Shown: one piece after another, positions 48,339-58,215 of the stretch
Numbering within the stretch: the first letter of the stretch is position 1
How the letters are laid out: each line of letters opens with the position of its first letter
Source of the DNA: an uncultured delta proteobacterium
GTDB lineage: Bacteria; Myxococcota_A; Polyangia; Polyangiales; Polyangiaceae
NCBI GenBank assembly: GCA_963716725.1
Contig: CAVQUB010000013.1
Location: forward strand, 352,001-416,000
Direction: 5' to 3'
Length of the DNA stretch: 64,000 nucleotides
Notes under the pieces: model-generated
Seen by the model: only the letters and a program-made list of their open reading frames with translations
Database searches by the model: none
Told to the model about the DNA's origin: nothing
Made by a program: the position numbers and the translations under genes

Positions 48339-49767
48339 TGCGGGGAAAGCCAGATCGACACCGGCGGAGGCGTCGGCGGCAGCGGGGGCACTTCGGGGGC
48401 CGGCGGCGTCGCGGGCAGCGGCGGCGGCGCGGGCAGCGGCGGCGGCGGAGGAAGCGGTGGAACCAGCGGGGGCACCGGCGGCACCGGCGGCACCGGCAGC
48501 ACCGGCGGCGTCACCACCCCGCCGGCGACGCTGACCAAGGGCGCGCCCGTCATCGAGACCAACGGAGTGATCGTGCCGGGCCTCATTGACCCGCACAAAC
48601 CACGGACTCTTCAACATCTTCGACGAGACGGACTGGACGCCGAAGAAGCTCTACACGAACCACAACCACTGGGCGGACAAGAACAACGAGCCGCGCTACT
48701 CCCAGATGGTCGACGCGAAGCAGTCGCTCGAGTCGGCGGCGGGGGCCAACGTGGCCTGCGAGATGGACAAGTTCGGCGAGACCAAGGCTCTGATCGCGGG
48801 CACCACCTCGTTCTTGGTGGCGGCGACCTCACGCAAGTGCTTCAGCTCCTTAGTCCGCACGGTCGACACGAAGTACAACAACATCGAGAGCCCGCCGATT
48901 GACCCCGTTCGCACGTCGATCGCAGTACCGTCGGGCGGGGACGCCACCACGGTGTGCAACGCCATCACCGCGGGCGATACCTACGTCGTGCACGTGGCCG
49001 AGGGCACCGACGGGCCAGCACTGAACGAGTTCACGACGCTATCGAACGGCGCGAGCGGCTGCCTCATCAACAGCCACGTGACCGTCGTGCACGGCACCGC
49101 CCTGACCGCGACGCAGTTCCAAACCATGGGCACTGCCAACATGGGCCTGGTCTGGTCGCCGAAGTCCAACATGTTCTTGTACAACGCGACCACGAACATC
49201 CCTGCCGCTATCGCCGCGGGCGTGAAGAAGATCGCGCTGGGTCCAGACTGGGCGCTGGGCGGCAGCGTGAACATGCTCGACGAGCTTCGCTTCGCCGACG
49301 CTCACGACAACGCCAACTGGGGCAACATCCTCAGCACCAAGAAGATCGTGGAGATGGGCAGCATCGAGGGCGCCCGGGTGCTCGGCCTGGAGAAATACAT
49401 CGGCTCCCTCGAGGTCGCCAAGCGCGCCGATCTGTTCGTGGTGCCTGGCAACACCAGCAACGCCTACGAGGCGGTCTTGGCGGCAACTCCCACCACGGTA
49501 CGCATCACCATGGTGGACGGCCGCGTGCTCTACGGTGACAAGGCGCTGCAGGCCGCCGGCCCGGCGAACCCCGGGTGCGAGCCGCTGCCGGTGTGCGGAG
49601 TCGACAAGTTCCTGTGCGCAGCGGAGACGACCACCACGGACAAGCTGAACCAGACCTACGCGCAGTATCACGCGGCGCTGGCCAGCGCGACCAAGACCTA
49701 CGACGACACCGTGGCGCCCGCCGGCGGGCCGTTCTCGCCGATCACGTCACTGACCAAGTGCCCGTAG
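48339..49767 (+). pseudogene. Frameshifted, 5'-truncated amidohydrolase-family lipoprotein
   Basis: PGLIDPH lies in one frame and NHGLFNIF in another; removing one A at 48597-48599 restores DPHNH; HVAEG, VHGT, GPDW downstream; no start codon upstream. Confidence 0.75.
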
Positions 49768-49881
49768 ACCGCGCGCAGCGAAGAGACCGACGACCGAGTC
49801 CGGCGGCGCGCCCCAATCCGACCGAGGCCGCTTCAGAACGCCGCCCTCGCAGCCCAGGGCAAAACGCCATAGCATCGGAGG

Positions 49882-52800
49882 ATGCGAAGCTTCTGTCTAG
49901 GGCTCGGGTCAGTCACGTTCGGCCTCTGCGCGCTGATCGCCTGCGGCGGCGATCCGGAGTTCACGAGCAACCCGGCCACCGGTGGCGCGACGACCGGCGG
50001 CGTTGCGGGCACGAGCGGCAACGGAAGCAGCGGCGCTAGCGGCGGCAGCGGTGGACTCGTGCTCGATGGGGGCGGCGGCGATGCCCCCGCCGATGCCGAC
50101 GCCTGCGCAACGATCAGCTGTCCGAACGACCAGCACTGCGATCCCACCACGGGCGCCTGCGTGCCCAACGACTGCACGGCGCTCGGCTGCAAGGCCACGG
50201 AGATCTGCATCACCACCGATGGCGGTGCCTATTGCAAAGACAACTCGTGCACCGGCGACGTGGAGTGTCCCGCAGACCAGTACTGCAACGGCACCGTCTG
50301 TGTGATCGACGTCTGCGCCCCAGGAGACGAGAAATGCCAGGGGCAGGAGCTCTTGGTCTGCAAACCCAACGGCAGCGGCTCGGACAAGAAAGTCTCGTGC
50401 GGCGGAGGGTCACCCTATTTCCAGAGCAAGTGCCAAGACGGCGGCACCGGCAAGGCCGACTGCCCCTGCGAAGACGACTGGGATTGTCCGAACTTCACCG
50501 AGTGCGTCGCGGGGACCTGCGAGGGCACGGGCGTCGCGCCCACCTGCTCGTTGCCGCCCGAGCCGTTCAAGAACGTGCTGCCCGCCAACGAGATCAGCTG
50601 GGGCGGCACCTTCGCCAACCCCAAGGCCGTGGGCAGCCCCTTCCCGGACTCCACGCAGGTGGTGATGACCCCGCTGGTGGTGAACCTGGACGACGACACC
50701 GGCGACGGGGTGATCGACGAGCGCGACTTCCCTGAGATCGTCTTCGCGTCGTTCTGCAATTCGGAATACACCTCGAACGGCGTGCTCCGAGCCATCCACG
50801 GCGGCGGCAAGAACAAGGGCAAGGACTTCTTCGCCAATTGCGGCGGCACCGAGTGGCACGAAGGCGATCCGGCCTTCCCCTCGTGTACCTGCGCAAGCGC
50901 CGAGCTCGACTCGACCGCAGTGCTCGCGGCCGGGGATCTCGATGGCGACGGCAAGCCGGAGATCGTCGGGCTCAGCGAGACGGACGGCATCATCATCTAC
51001 AACAACCTGGGACAGGTCCTGTCCAAGAGCGCGAACTTCAGCCTGGGAGGCGCCGACCCGGCGCCGTCCCTGGTCAACGTCGACAACGCCGGCTTCGCGG
51101 AGATCGTGATTGGCCGCAGCGTTTTTTCGCTGGAGAAGGACGCCAACGGCAAGCTGAAGATTCTGGATCGCTTCGAGGGCTCGCTGATGCACGGCACCAA
51201 TGGACAAGGCCCGGTCTCCTGCGTGGCGAACCTAGTCGGCGACTCGAAACAAGAGATCGTCGCGGGCAGCAGCGTCTACCGCATGGCCACCCCACCCGCG
51301 GGCGCGAAGAAGCGCGCCGACTGCACCGGCAGCGAGACCGGCGAAGCCAAGACTTGGTGCGACGGCAAGCTGGTCGTGGTGTGGGACGGACAGACGGTCA
51401 ACGGCGCCACCGCCCTGCCCAACGGCAACCGCGAGGGCTTCTGCGCCGTCGCCGACGTGCTTGGCGCCAATCAGACCAAGGCCCCGGGCCCCGACAGCCC
51501 CCTCGACGGAACGGCAGAGGTCATCCTCGTCTCCAACGGCCGCCTGTTGGTGCTGAACGGCCAGACCGGCAAGCTGGCGTTGAACCTCGACTCGGCCGCC
51601 GGAACCGCCGGTGGCCCGCCCAACGTCGATGATTTCGACGGCGACGGTTTCCCTGAGATCGGCACGGCCTTCGCGCTGGCCTACGTGGTCTTCGACCTCC
51701 AGGCCACCGCAGCCGAGTGCCCGGCGTGGACGGGCGTCACGGACTCGAACGCCAACAAGCCACGCACGCCGCCGAGCGCGACGTGCCAGAAGGACTCCGA
51801 CTGCGGCAACACGGCCAAGTTCTCGTGCAACGAGTCGACCAGCCAATGCGTGTGCTTGCACAACAGCTGGCGGCGACTGACCGAGGACGACTCGAGCCGG
51901 GTCACGGGCTCGAGCGTCTTCGACTTCAACGGAGATGGCGCCGCCGAGGTCATCTACAACGACGAGTGCAACTTCCGGGTCTACGACGGCTTGAACGGCG
52001 GGGAGTTCTTCAAGCAGCCCAGCGAGAGCCGAACGCGCATCGAGTACCCGGTGGTGGCCGACGTCGACAACGACGGCAACGCCGAGATCGTGTTCTCGAC
52101 CAGCACCGAGAGCGGTTTCTGCTCCGAAAACAAGGACAGCCAGTACAACGCGGGCATCGAGGTGTGGGGGGACGCCAAGGACACCTGGGTCAGCGCCCGT
52201 CGCATCTGGAACCAGCACGCCTATCACGTGACCAACGTGACCGAAGATGGCCACGTCCCCAGCTTCGAGCCCGAGAGCTGGAAGCCCTACAACGGGCGGC
52301 TCTACAACACCTATCGATCGAACCCGCGCTCCAGCGGCGTCGCGCCGGATCTGGTGGTGCAAGCGGTCCAGGTCTCGTCACCCGACGCGACCTGCGGCAA
52401 GCTCTCGAAGAAGCTCGACATCACGGTGCAGATCGCCAACATCGGCGATCTGCGCGTGGGCCCCGGAGTCGTGGTGAGCTTCCAGGGCACCTGGACCGCC
52501 GTACCGCTCACCGAGGCCCTGAAGACCGCGGCGGCCGCGCCGCTCACGGTCGTCATCGGACAGAACATCGAGCCCGGCGAGGTGATCTGGCTCAGCGCCA
52601 GCTACGACGCGGCGAACAACTCACCCGGCGTGCTGCCGGACAAGATCGCCGTCACGGTGGACGAGGGCAACGCCGAGCGCGAGTGCAACGAGACCAACAA
52701 CACGCTCTCCAAGGACGTGAGCGCCGGGGCTCAGTTGCCCGATTTGCGGGTGAAGCTCGGCGCACCGACCTGCCTCCCGGGCCCCACGCCCAAGGTTCCG

Positions 52801-53085
52801 ACCACCGTCAGCAACGACGGCTCGGCACCCGCGAGCAACGTGCTCGTGCGCTACTACGCTGGCGATCCGCAGGCCGGCGGCAAGCCCGTCCACGACGAAG
52901 TGCTCCCCGGACCCATCGCCGCAGGCGGCAACGCGAGCGTCACCGCGACCATGACCAGCTTCCCGAAAGGCGTGAGCGTGCTGATCTACGCCGTGGTTGA
53001 TCCCGACAACGTCATCGCCGAGTGCAACGACGGCAACAACACCGACGACGCGGACTCGAAGGTCACCTGCGGGGGCGTGCAATGA
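49882..53085 (+). CDS. Large lipoprotein with Cys-rich, FG-GAP/VCBS and CARDB domains
   Basis: Lipobox LIAC; DLDGDGKPEI, DFDGDGFPEI, DFNGDGAAEV, DVDNDGNAEI; two CARDB ends (ECNETNN, ECNDGNN). Confidence 0.85.
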   Translation: MRSFCLGLGSVTFGLCALIACGGDPEFTSNPATGGATTGGVAGTSGNGSSGASGGSGGLVLDGGGGDAPADADACATISCPNDQHCDPTTGACVPNDCTALGCKATEICITTDGGAYCKDNSCTGDVECPADQYCNGTVCVIDVCAPGDEKCQGQELLVCKPNGSGSDKKVSCGGGSPYFQSKCQDGGTGKADCPCEDDWDCPNFTECVAGTCEGTGVAPTCSLPPEPFKNVLPANEISWGGTFANPKAVGSPFPDSTQVVMTPLVVNLDDDTGDGVIDERDFPEIVFASFCNSEYTSNGVLRAIHGGGKNKGKDFFANCGGTEWHEGDPAFPSCTCASAELDSTAVLAAGDLDGDGKPEIVGLSETDGIIIYNNLGQVLSKSANFSLGGADPAPSLVNVDNAGFAEIVIGRSVFSLEKDANGKLKILDRFEGSLMHGTNGQGPVSCVANLVGDSKQEIVAGSSVYRMATPPAGAKKRADCTGSETGEAKTWCDGKLVVVWDGQTVNGATALPNGNREGFCAVADVLGANQTKAPGPDSPLDGTAEVILVSNGRLLVLNGQTGKLALNLDSAAGTAGGPPNVDDFDGDGFPEIGTAFALAYVVFDLQATAAECPAWTGVTDSNANKPRTPPSATCQKDSDCGNTAKFSCNESTSQCVCLHNSWRRLTEDDSSRVTGSSVFDFNGDGAAEVIYNDECNFRVYDGLNGGEFFKQPSESRTRIEYPVVADVDNDGNAEIVFSTSTESGFCSENKDSQYNAGIEVWGDAKDTWVSARRIWNQHAYHVTNVTEDGHVPSFEPESWKPYNGRLYNTYRSNPRSSGVAPDLVVQAVQVSSPDATCGKLSKKLDITVQIANIGDLRVGPGVVVSFQGTWTAVPLTEALKTAAAAPLTVVIGQNIEPGEVIWLSASYDAANNSPGVLPDKIAVTVDEGNAERECNETNNTLSKDVSAGAQLPDLRVKLGAPTCLPGPTPKVPTTVSNDGSAPASNVLVRYYAGDPQAGGKPVHDEVLPGPIAAGGNASVTATMTSFPKGVSVLIYAVVDPDNVIAECNDGNNTDDADSKVTCGGVQ

Positions 53086-53354
53086 GCGAGGACGATCGAG
53101 AGACGATCCTCGCTCGACGCCGCCTCTTCGTGGTGTCCGCGCTGGCGAGCCTGGCGGTGACCCAGACCAGCTGCGACAAGGTCACCCAGCCCTGCCTGAG
53201 CATCGAGCGCGTTCCCGACGCAGCCGCGCCCATGTCCTGCCTGAAGCCAATCGCGCCTCCCCCAACCGCCAGTTCGAGCGCCGGCGCGGACGCGGGCCGG
53301 GCCATCGAACCCAGGCCGACGGCGTGCCTCGAGGTCCCGGCGCCGGCGAAGTAG
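53082..53354 (+). CDS. Small secreted peptide/lipoprotein with three xCL repeats
   Basis: ATG overlaps the upstream stop; ILARRRLF + hydrophobic stretch + SC; QPCLS, MSCLK, TACLE. Confidence 0.7.
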   Translation: MSEDDRETILARRRLFVVSALASLAVTQTSCDKVTQPCLSIERVPDAAAPMSCLKPIAPPPTASSSAGADAGRAIEPRPTACLEVPAPAK

Positions 53355-53399
53355 CAGCGCCACGCGCCGGCTCCGAACCGAGCGTGATACGCTGCCCTC

Positions 53400-53594
53400 G
53401 TGTCGCGCTCGTCGCCCCACCTCGAAGACGTCCGCGGCGTGCTGCTGGAGCAGTGGGGCTCGATGGATTTCGAGTACGTCGAACGCGTGCTGGCGGCCCG
53501 GATGATCGCGCTCGACGACCCCAGACTTGCGCCGCGCTTCGCCCGCGTCGTGCGGCAAGTGGAGCGACTGCTGGACCAACCCCCACGGCGGTGA
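53400..53594 (+). pseudogene. Possible C-terminal fragment of a nucleotidyltransferase (DUF6036/AbiEii-like)
   Basis: HLEDVRGVLLEQWGSMDFEYVERVL resembles the D.EDV.G.L...LD..YV tail; 64 aa. Confidence 0.3.
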
Positions 53595-53637
53595 CGATTG
53601 CACGTCGTCGAAGTGCTATTCTTCCGGCGAGGCAGCC

Positions 53638-54606
53638 ATGGATCTCGATGCGATGCTGGAGAAATGCGGGCGCGAGCAGTGGAGCGTCGGGGACCTCGAC
53701 TGGAGCGGTCGCCCCCGCGACATGAGCCCCGAGGACGAGATCGCCATCGTCCAGTACTTCACCGACATGGCGGGCATCGAGCGTCTAGCCGGGGCGTTGT
53801 TCGAGGCCCAACGCCGGAACGCTGACGATCCACGGCTCGAGGCTATCTTCAAGAGCTTCGTGAAGGACGAGATCCGCCACGCCCACGCCGCGCAGATGCT
53901 GGCGGACTACTACGACGTGCACCACTACCGGCGCTATGTGACGAGCCCCGCGCTGATGCGATTCGCGCCTCACTTCATGAACTTGATCCAGTACTTGCCG
54001 CCCGAGATCGCCAACACCTACATCACGAGCGGCGAGCTGATCCTGGACGTCGCGCTGCTGCGCTCGATCGACGACCACGTCGACGACGAGATGAGCAATC
54101 GCGCCATGGAACTCATCAACCGCGACGAGTCCCGACACATCGCCGTCGATTTCCGCATGGTCGAACACTATGCATCGAGGCAGTACAAACAGAAGCTGCG
54201 ACAGCGCCCACCGGCACCGCTGCCCAAACGGCTCCGGGCTGCCTGGGCCTTCGTCAGCGTCCTCTATTTCGGGGCGCCGTTCTTCCGGGACGTCTTCTTC
54301 GAGCCCATGCACCACATCGACCCGAGCGGGCGGCGGATTCGCGAAGCGTTCAAACGCATCCAGCTCTTGGGCACCAAGCAAGAGCTCCAAGAGCACCCCT
54401 TCACGCGCTTCATGACCGGGCTGCAAGACGTCTACAACGACCGACCGGCGGTGCGCTTGGTGTTCGGTCGACTGATTCGGCGCATCACCGGAGTCGATGA
54501 GAGCCTGATGGCGCGCCTCTACGATCAGAAAGAAGTCGAACGCTCGAATCGCATGAGCTTCGACGAGCTGGCCGAAGAAGCGCTGTCAGCGAAGTTCGCG
54601 AGCTGA
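53638..54606 (+). CDS. Ferritin-like di-iron protein (desaturase/oxygenase-like)
   Basis: QWSVGDLDW, GIE, DEIRH, GE, DESRH (two ExxH motifs). Confidence 0.8.
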   Translation: MDLDAMLEKCGREQWSVGDLDWSGRPRDMSPEDEIAIVQYFTDMAGIERLAGALFEAQRRNADDPRLEAIFKSFVKDEIRHAHAAQMLADYYDVHHYRRYVTSPALMRFAPHFMNLIQYLPPEIANTYITSGELILDVALLRSIDDHVDDEMSNRAMELINRDESRHIAVDFRMVEHYASRQYKQKLRQRPPAPLPKRLRAAWAFVSVLYFGAPFFRDVFFEPMHHIDPSGRRIREAFKRIQLLGTKQELQEHPFTRFMTGLQDVYNDRPAVRLVFGRLIRRITGVDESLMARLYDQKEVERSNRMSFDELAEEALSAKFAS

Positions 54607-54615
54607 GCCGCGGCG

Positions 54616-57135
54616 TCAGAAGCAGCTCTTCACCGCCGCCACCACGCGCTCGACGTCGGGCACGCTCAGGCACTCGAGGGCCTTGTTGTAGGCGATGGGA
54701 TGGTCGCCGGCGCCCACGCGGACCGGCGCAGCCGCCAGGAGCCCGTGGGCCCGGCCTGCGACCCGCGCCACGACCTCGGCCCCGAACCCACCTCGCAGGG
54801 GGCTCTCCTCCACCGTGACCAAGCGCCGGGTCTTCGCCACCGACTCGATGATCGTCTCGGTGTCGAGCGGCGCGACCGTGCGCGGGTCGACGACCTCGAC
54901 GTCAATGCCCTCTCGTTCGAGCTCCTGCGCGGCCTCGAGAGCGACCTGCACCATGTACGAGAGCGCCACGATGGTCACGTCCCTGCCCGCGCGCACCACT
55001 CGCGCCACGCCGAGCGGAGCCACGTCGTCACCCGACGGGACCGGTCCTTCGGTCAGGTAGAGCAGCTTGTGCTCGAAGAACAGCACCGGGTTGTCGGAGC
55101 GGATCGCCGCCTTCAGCAAGGCGCGGCAGTCTCGCACGGTGCCCGGCGCCACGATGATCAGGCCGGGGATATTCATGAACCAGGACTCGAGGGACTGCGA
55201 GTGCTGCGCCGCCATGCCGAGCCCGGCGCCGCCGGGCGTGCGCACGACCATCGGGATCGAGTACTGCCCGCCGGACATGTAGCGGAGCTTGGCGGCCTGG
55301 TTCACCAAGGGGTCGGCGCAGACGGTGAGGAAGTCCGAGAACAGGATCTCGGCCACCGGACGCAGGCCGTTCATGGCCGCGCCCACCGCACCACCCACGA
55401 TAGCGTTCTCGCTGATGGGAGTGTCGCGCACGCGCCGCTTGCCGAACTCGTCGACCAAGCCGGTGGTCACGGCGAGGTAGCCGCCAAGGGTGACGTCCTC
55501 ACCGAGCAGCACCACCCTCGGATCGCGCTGCATCTCTTCGCGGAGGGCAAGGTTGATGGCCCCGGAGGCGGTCATGGTCAGGGTCTCGCCCAGGCTCGCG
55601 GGCTGGACGCGCTTCGGCTCCGGCGAGAACACATGGGTGACTAGTGCCGAGGGCCCGGGCTCGGGCGAGCGGCGCGCGAAGTCCATGGCGGCATCGACGG
55701 TGGAACGCGCCTCGTCGGCCAAGGTCTTCGAGCCCTCGTCGTCGAGCGTTCCTTCGCCCAAGAGGGCGCGACGGTGGCGAACGCAGGGATCCTTCTGCTT
55801 CCACTCCTCGAGCTCGGTGGCGCTTCGATAGCTCTGCGCGTCACCTTCCATGTGGCCGCGCCAACGATACGTGACGCACTCGAGCAAGGCCGGGCCCTCG
55901 CCCGCGCGCGCCCGCGCCACCAGCTCGATCGCGGCGCGGTGCACCGCGTCGACGTCGTTTCCGTCCACGGTCACGCCAGGCATTCCGTAGGAGGCAGCTC
56001 GGTCCGAGAGCTGCGAGATGTTGGTGGAGCCGGCTCGCGGCGTGAACTCCCCGTAGCCGTTGTTCTCGATCACGAACAATACCGGCAGCTTCCACACGGC
56101 GGCGAGGTTCAACGCCTCGTGGAACATGCCTTGATTGGTGGCGCCATCGCCCATGAAGGCCACCGCGACCAAGTCGCGCTCCTGATGCGAAAACGCCAGC
56201 GCCGCTCCCATGGCCATCAGCGGGGAGCTGCCCACGATACCGTTGGCGCCGATGGCACCGACGCTGGCATCGGTCACGTGCATGCTGCCGCCCTTGCCCG
56301 CACAGAGCCCGGTCTCCTTGCCGAAAATCTCGGCCATCATGCGATCCGGCGGCGCGCCCTTGGCGAGCATGTGACCATGCCCGCGGTGAGTGGTGGCGAT
56401 GACGTCGTCGCGCCGCAGCGCGAAACACACGCCCACGGCCACCGCCTCTTGGCCCGTGCTCAGGTGGATCGCGGCCGTTGGCAAGCCGCCGGCCTGCCAC
56501 TCGCCCGCGAGTCGCTCTTCGAGCTCGCGGATCAACAGCATGCGCCGCAGCATCTCGATGCGCAGCTCACGCGGTGCTGTCGGGAGCTCGGCGTGGGCCG
56601 TGGCAGGCACGACTGGCTCGGTCCCGGTCGGAGGACGGGTGTCCGTCGAACCGCCCGCGGCGGTGGTTCCGCGCTTGCGAAAGCGAGCCAGCAGCCGCCG
56701 CCAGTCGATCCGGCGCTTCTTCACCGCTCCCGCGTCGCGCTCCTCGAGCCCCAGCTCCCGCAGCACCTCGGGGTAGATGCTGAAGGCGGGTCGAATGGCG
56801 GGCAGCAGCTTGAGCGCCCCGGTCACGTCACCGCGCGCCCGCACGCGTCCGGTGGCGATGGCGCGTACGGGGTTCAGCTGGCCGCTCCAGAACTCGTGGG
56901 CGGTGTCCGACGACTGCACCATCTCGACGTCGGCCGGGCCGCTGTCGCCGGTCAAGAAGCGCGCGGGTCGATGCTCGAGATCGAAGGTCAGTACCGATCC
57001 GAGGTCGGGGTATCGAAAGCGGACGACGAGTTCGGTGCTGGTGAGGGGATCGGCGACGGCGGGCGACGCCATCAGGCGCTCGAACAGCTTGGCCATCACG
57101 CGCTCGAACTCGGCTCGGTCGGCGAATTTGGGCAT
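54616..57135 (-). CDS. SCP2-like domain fused to ThDP-dependent dehydrogenase E1 alpha + E1 beta
   Basis: N-terminal FWSGQLNPVRAIATGRVRARGD (SCP2); HRGHGH, GGSMH, GDGATNQG..ENN; DTPISE, QHSQ, FFEHK. Confidence 0.88.
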   Translation of the reverse strand: MPKFADRAEFERVMAKLFERLMASPAVADPLTSTELVVRFRYPDLGSVLTFDLEHRPARFLTGDSGPADVEMVQSSDTAHEFWSGQLNPVRAIATGRVRARGDVTGALKLLPAIRPAFSIYPEVLRELGLEERDAGAVKKRRIDWRRLLARFRKRGTTAAGGSTDTRPPTGTEPVVPATAHAELPTAPRELRIEMLRRMLLIRELEERLAGEWQAGGLPTAAIHLSTGQEAVAVGVCFALRRDDVIATTHRGHGHMLAKGAPPDRMMAEIFGKETGLCAGKGGSMHVTDASVGAIGANGIVGSSPLMAMGAALAFSHQERDLVAVAFMGDGATNQGMFHEALNLAAVWKLPVLFVIENNGYGEFTPRAGSTNISQLSDRAASYGMPGVTVDGNDVDAVHRAAIELVARARAGEGPALLECVTYRWRGHMEGDAQSYRSATELEEWKQKDPCVRHRRALLGEGTLDDEGSKTLADEARSTVDAAMDFARRSPEPGPSALVTHVFSPEPKRVQPASLGETLTMTASGAINLALREEMQRDPRVVLLGEDVTLGGYLAVTTGLVDEFGKRRVRDTPISENAIVGGAVGAAMNGLRPVAEILFSDFLTVCADPLVNQAAKLRYMSGGQYSIPMVVRTPGGAGLGMAAQHSQSLESWFMNIPGLIIVAPGTVRDCRALLKAAIRSDNPVLFFEHKLLYLTEGPVPSGDDVAPLGVARVVRAGRDVTIVALSYMVQVALEAAQELEREGIDVEVVDPRTVAPLDTETIIESVAKTRRLVTVEESPLRGGFGAEVVARVAGRAHGLLAAAPVRVGAGDHPIAYNKALECLSVPDVERVVAAVKSCF

Positions 57136-57138
57136 GGC

Positions 57139-58215
57139 TCACCCCGCAACGGATCGATGCGAGGCCAAGAGTGGCAGGCGCCGGCGCTGCCCGAGCTTCA
57201 CCCACGACTTCACCGGCTCGAGGTTGCCCTCGCACACCTCCGAGATCTCGACGCGATGAATCGATACGCATTTGTGACAGCTCTCGCCGGTCTTGCCCGC
57301 CAGCTCACGCAAGCGCGGGTGGCGCAGCACCTGCTCCAGACTCTGATCCTTCAAATTGGCGATCGGTCGGGTCCCCCAGTGCATGCAGTCGACCACGTCG
57401 CCGTTGGCCTCGATGGGCAGCATGAACTTGGGCCAGTGGCAGCTGTACTCCGGCGGGCCCTTCTGCATCATGCTCATGTGCGTGTTCGAGTTGAGAATGG
57501 GATAACCGCGCTGCTTGAGATCCTTCAAGACGCCGAACGCAGTGGAGAGTTCGGCCTGTGAGGGTGCAAAGCTCGAGATGTCAACGTCGCTCTCTGCGGT
57601 GGCCGCTTCTTCGCGCAGAGCGTTGAAGACACCGAGCACTCCCAGATCCGCCATCAGCTCGGCCATGCGCCGGAGTGTGGCTGTGTCGGCGTTGGCTTTC
57701 TGAAGCGTGCAGACGAATAGGATGGTCTTCTTCGGATCGCGCGCCCGAAGTGCCCGGGTGCCCGCCACGATCTCGCCGAACAGGCCGCGGATCCCGCGAA
57801 TTTCGTCGTGTTTGACCGAAGGGTGGTCGAGCGAGATGCTGACCTTGTCGATGTTATCGGCGACGGCGTCGAGCTTCTTCCGGAGCAAGAAGCCATTGGT
57901 CACCATGTTGCTGATCAAGCCCACGTCCCGAGCGTGACGGACGATCTCCTCGAAGTCGCGATGCAAGAGCGGCTCGCCTCCCCAGATCGAAAGGCCGATG
58001 AATCCGGCGCGGCGCGCGTCGGTGTAGAGCTGCTTGATGGCCGGCGTCGAGAGCTGATCCCGCGGATCGTAGAAGTCCGGATTCCAAGCGCAGAAGCCGC
58101 AGCGTGCGTTGCAGCGTGCGGTGAGGGCATGCACCAAGTAGATCGGGTGTTGGACTCCCAGACGGGCTCCGGCGAGCCGGCGGGTGAGTTCGAAGATATT
58201 CGCTCTTGCGTTCAT
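57139..58215 (-). CDS. Radical SAM protein with C-terminal SPASM/twitch-like Cys cluster
   Basis: CNARCGFC, GGEPL, TNG, SLD; CHWP..GDVVDC, CHKC. Confidence 0.9.
   Translation of the reverse strand: MNARANIFELTRRLAGARLGVQHPIYLVHALTARCNARCGFCAWNPDFYDPRDQLSTPAIKQLYTDARRAGFIGLSIWGGEPLLHRDFEEIVRHARDVGLISNMVTNGFLLRKKLDAVADNIDKVSISLDHPSVKHDEIRGIRGLFGEIVAGTRALRARDPKKTILFVCTLQKANADTATLRRMAELMADLGVLGVFNALREEAATAESDVDISSFAPSQAELSTAFGVLKDLKQRGYPILNSNTHMSMMQKGPPEYSCHWPKFMLPIEANGDVVDCMHWGTRPIANLKDQSLEQVLRHPRLRELAGKTGESCHKCVSIHRVEISEVCEGNLEPVKSWVKLGQRRRLPLLASHRSVAG

Noticed and set aside
48360..48520. GGC-rich low-complexity tract as a non-coding repeat element
   Set aside because: It encodes a Gly/Ser/Thr linker like those of the other lipoproteins in the window
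48590..48605. Programmed ribosomal frameshift in the amidohydrolase
   Set aside because: No canonical slippery heptamer, and the upstream frame lacks a start codon
53082..58215. xCL peptide as substrate of the 57139-58215 rSAM/SPASM enzyme (a RiPP cluster)
   Set aside because: They are on opposite strands about 4 kb apart, with no RRE domain, peptidase or transporter seen
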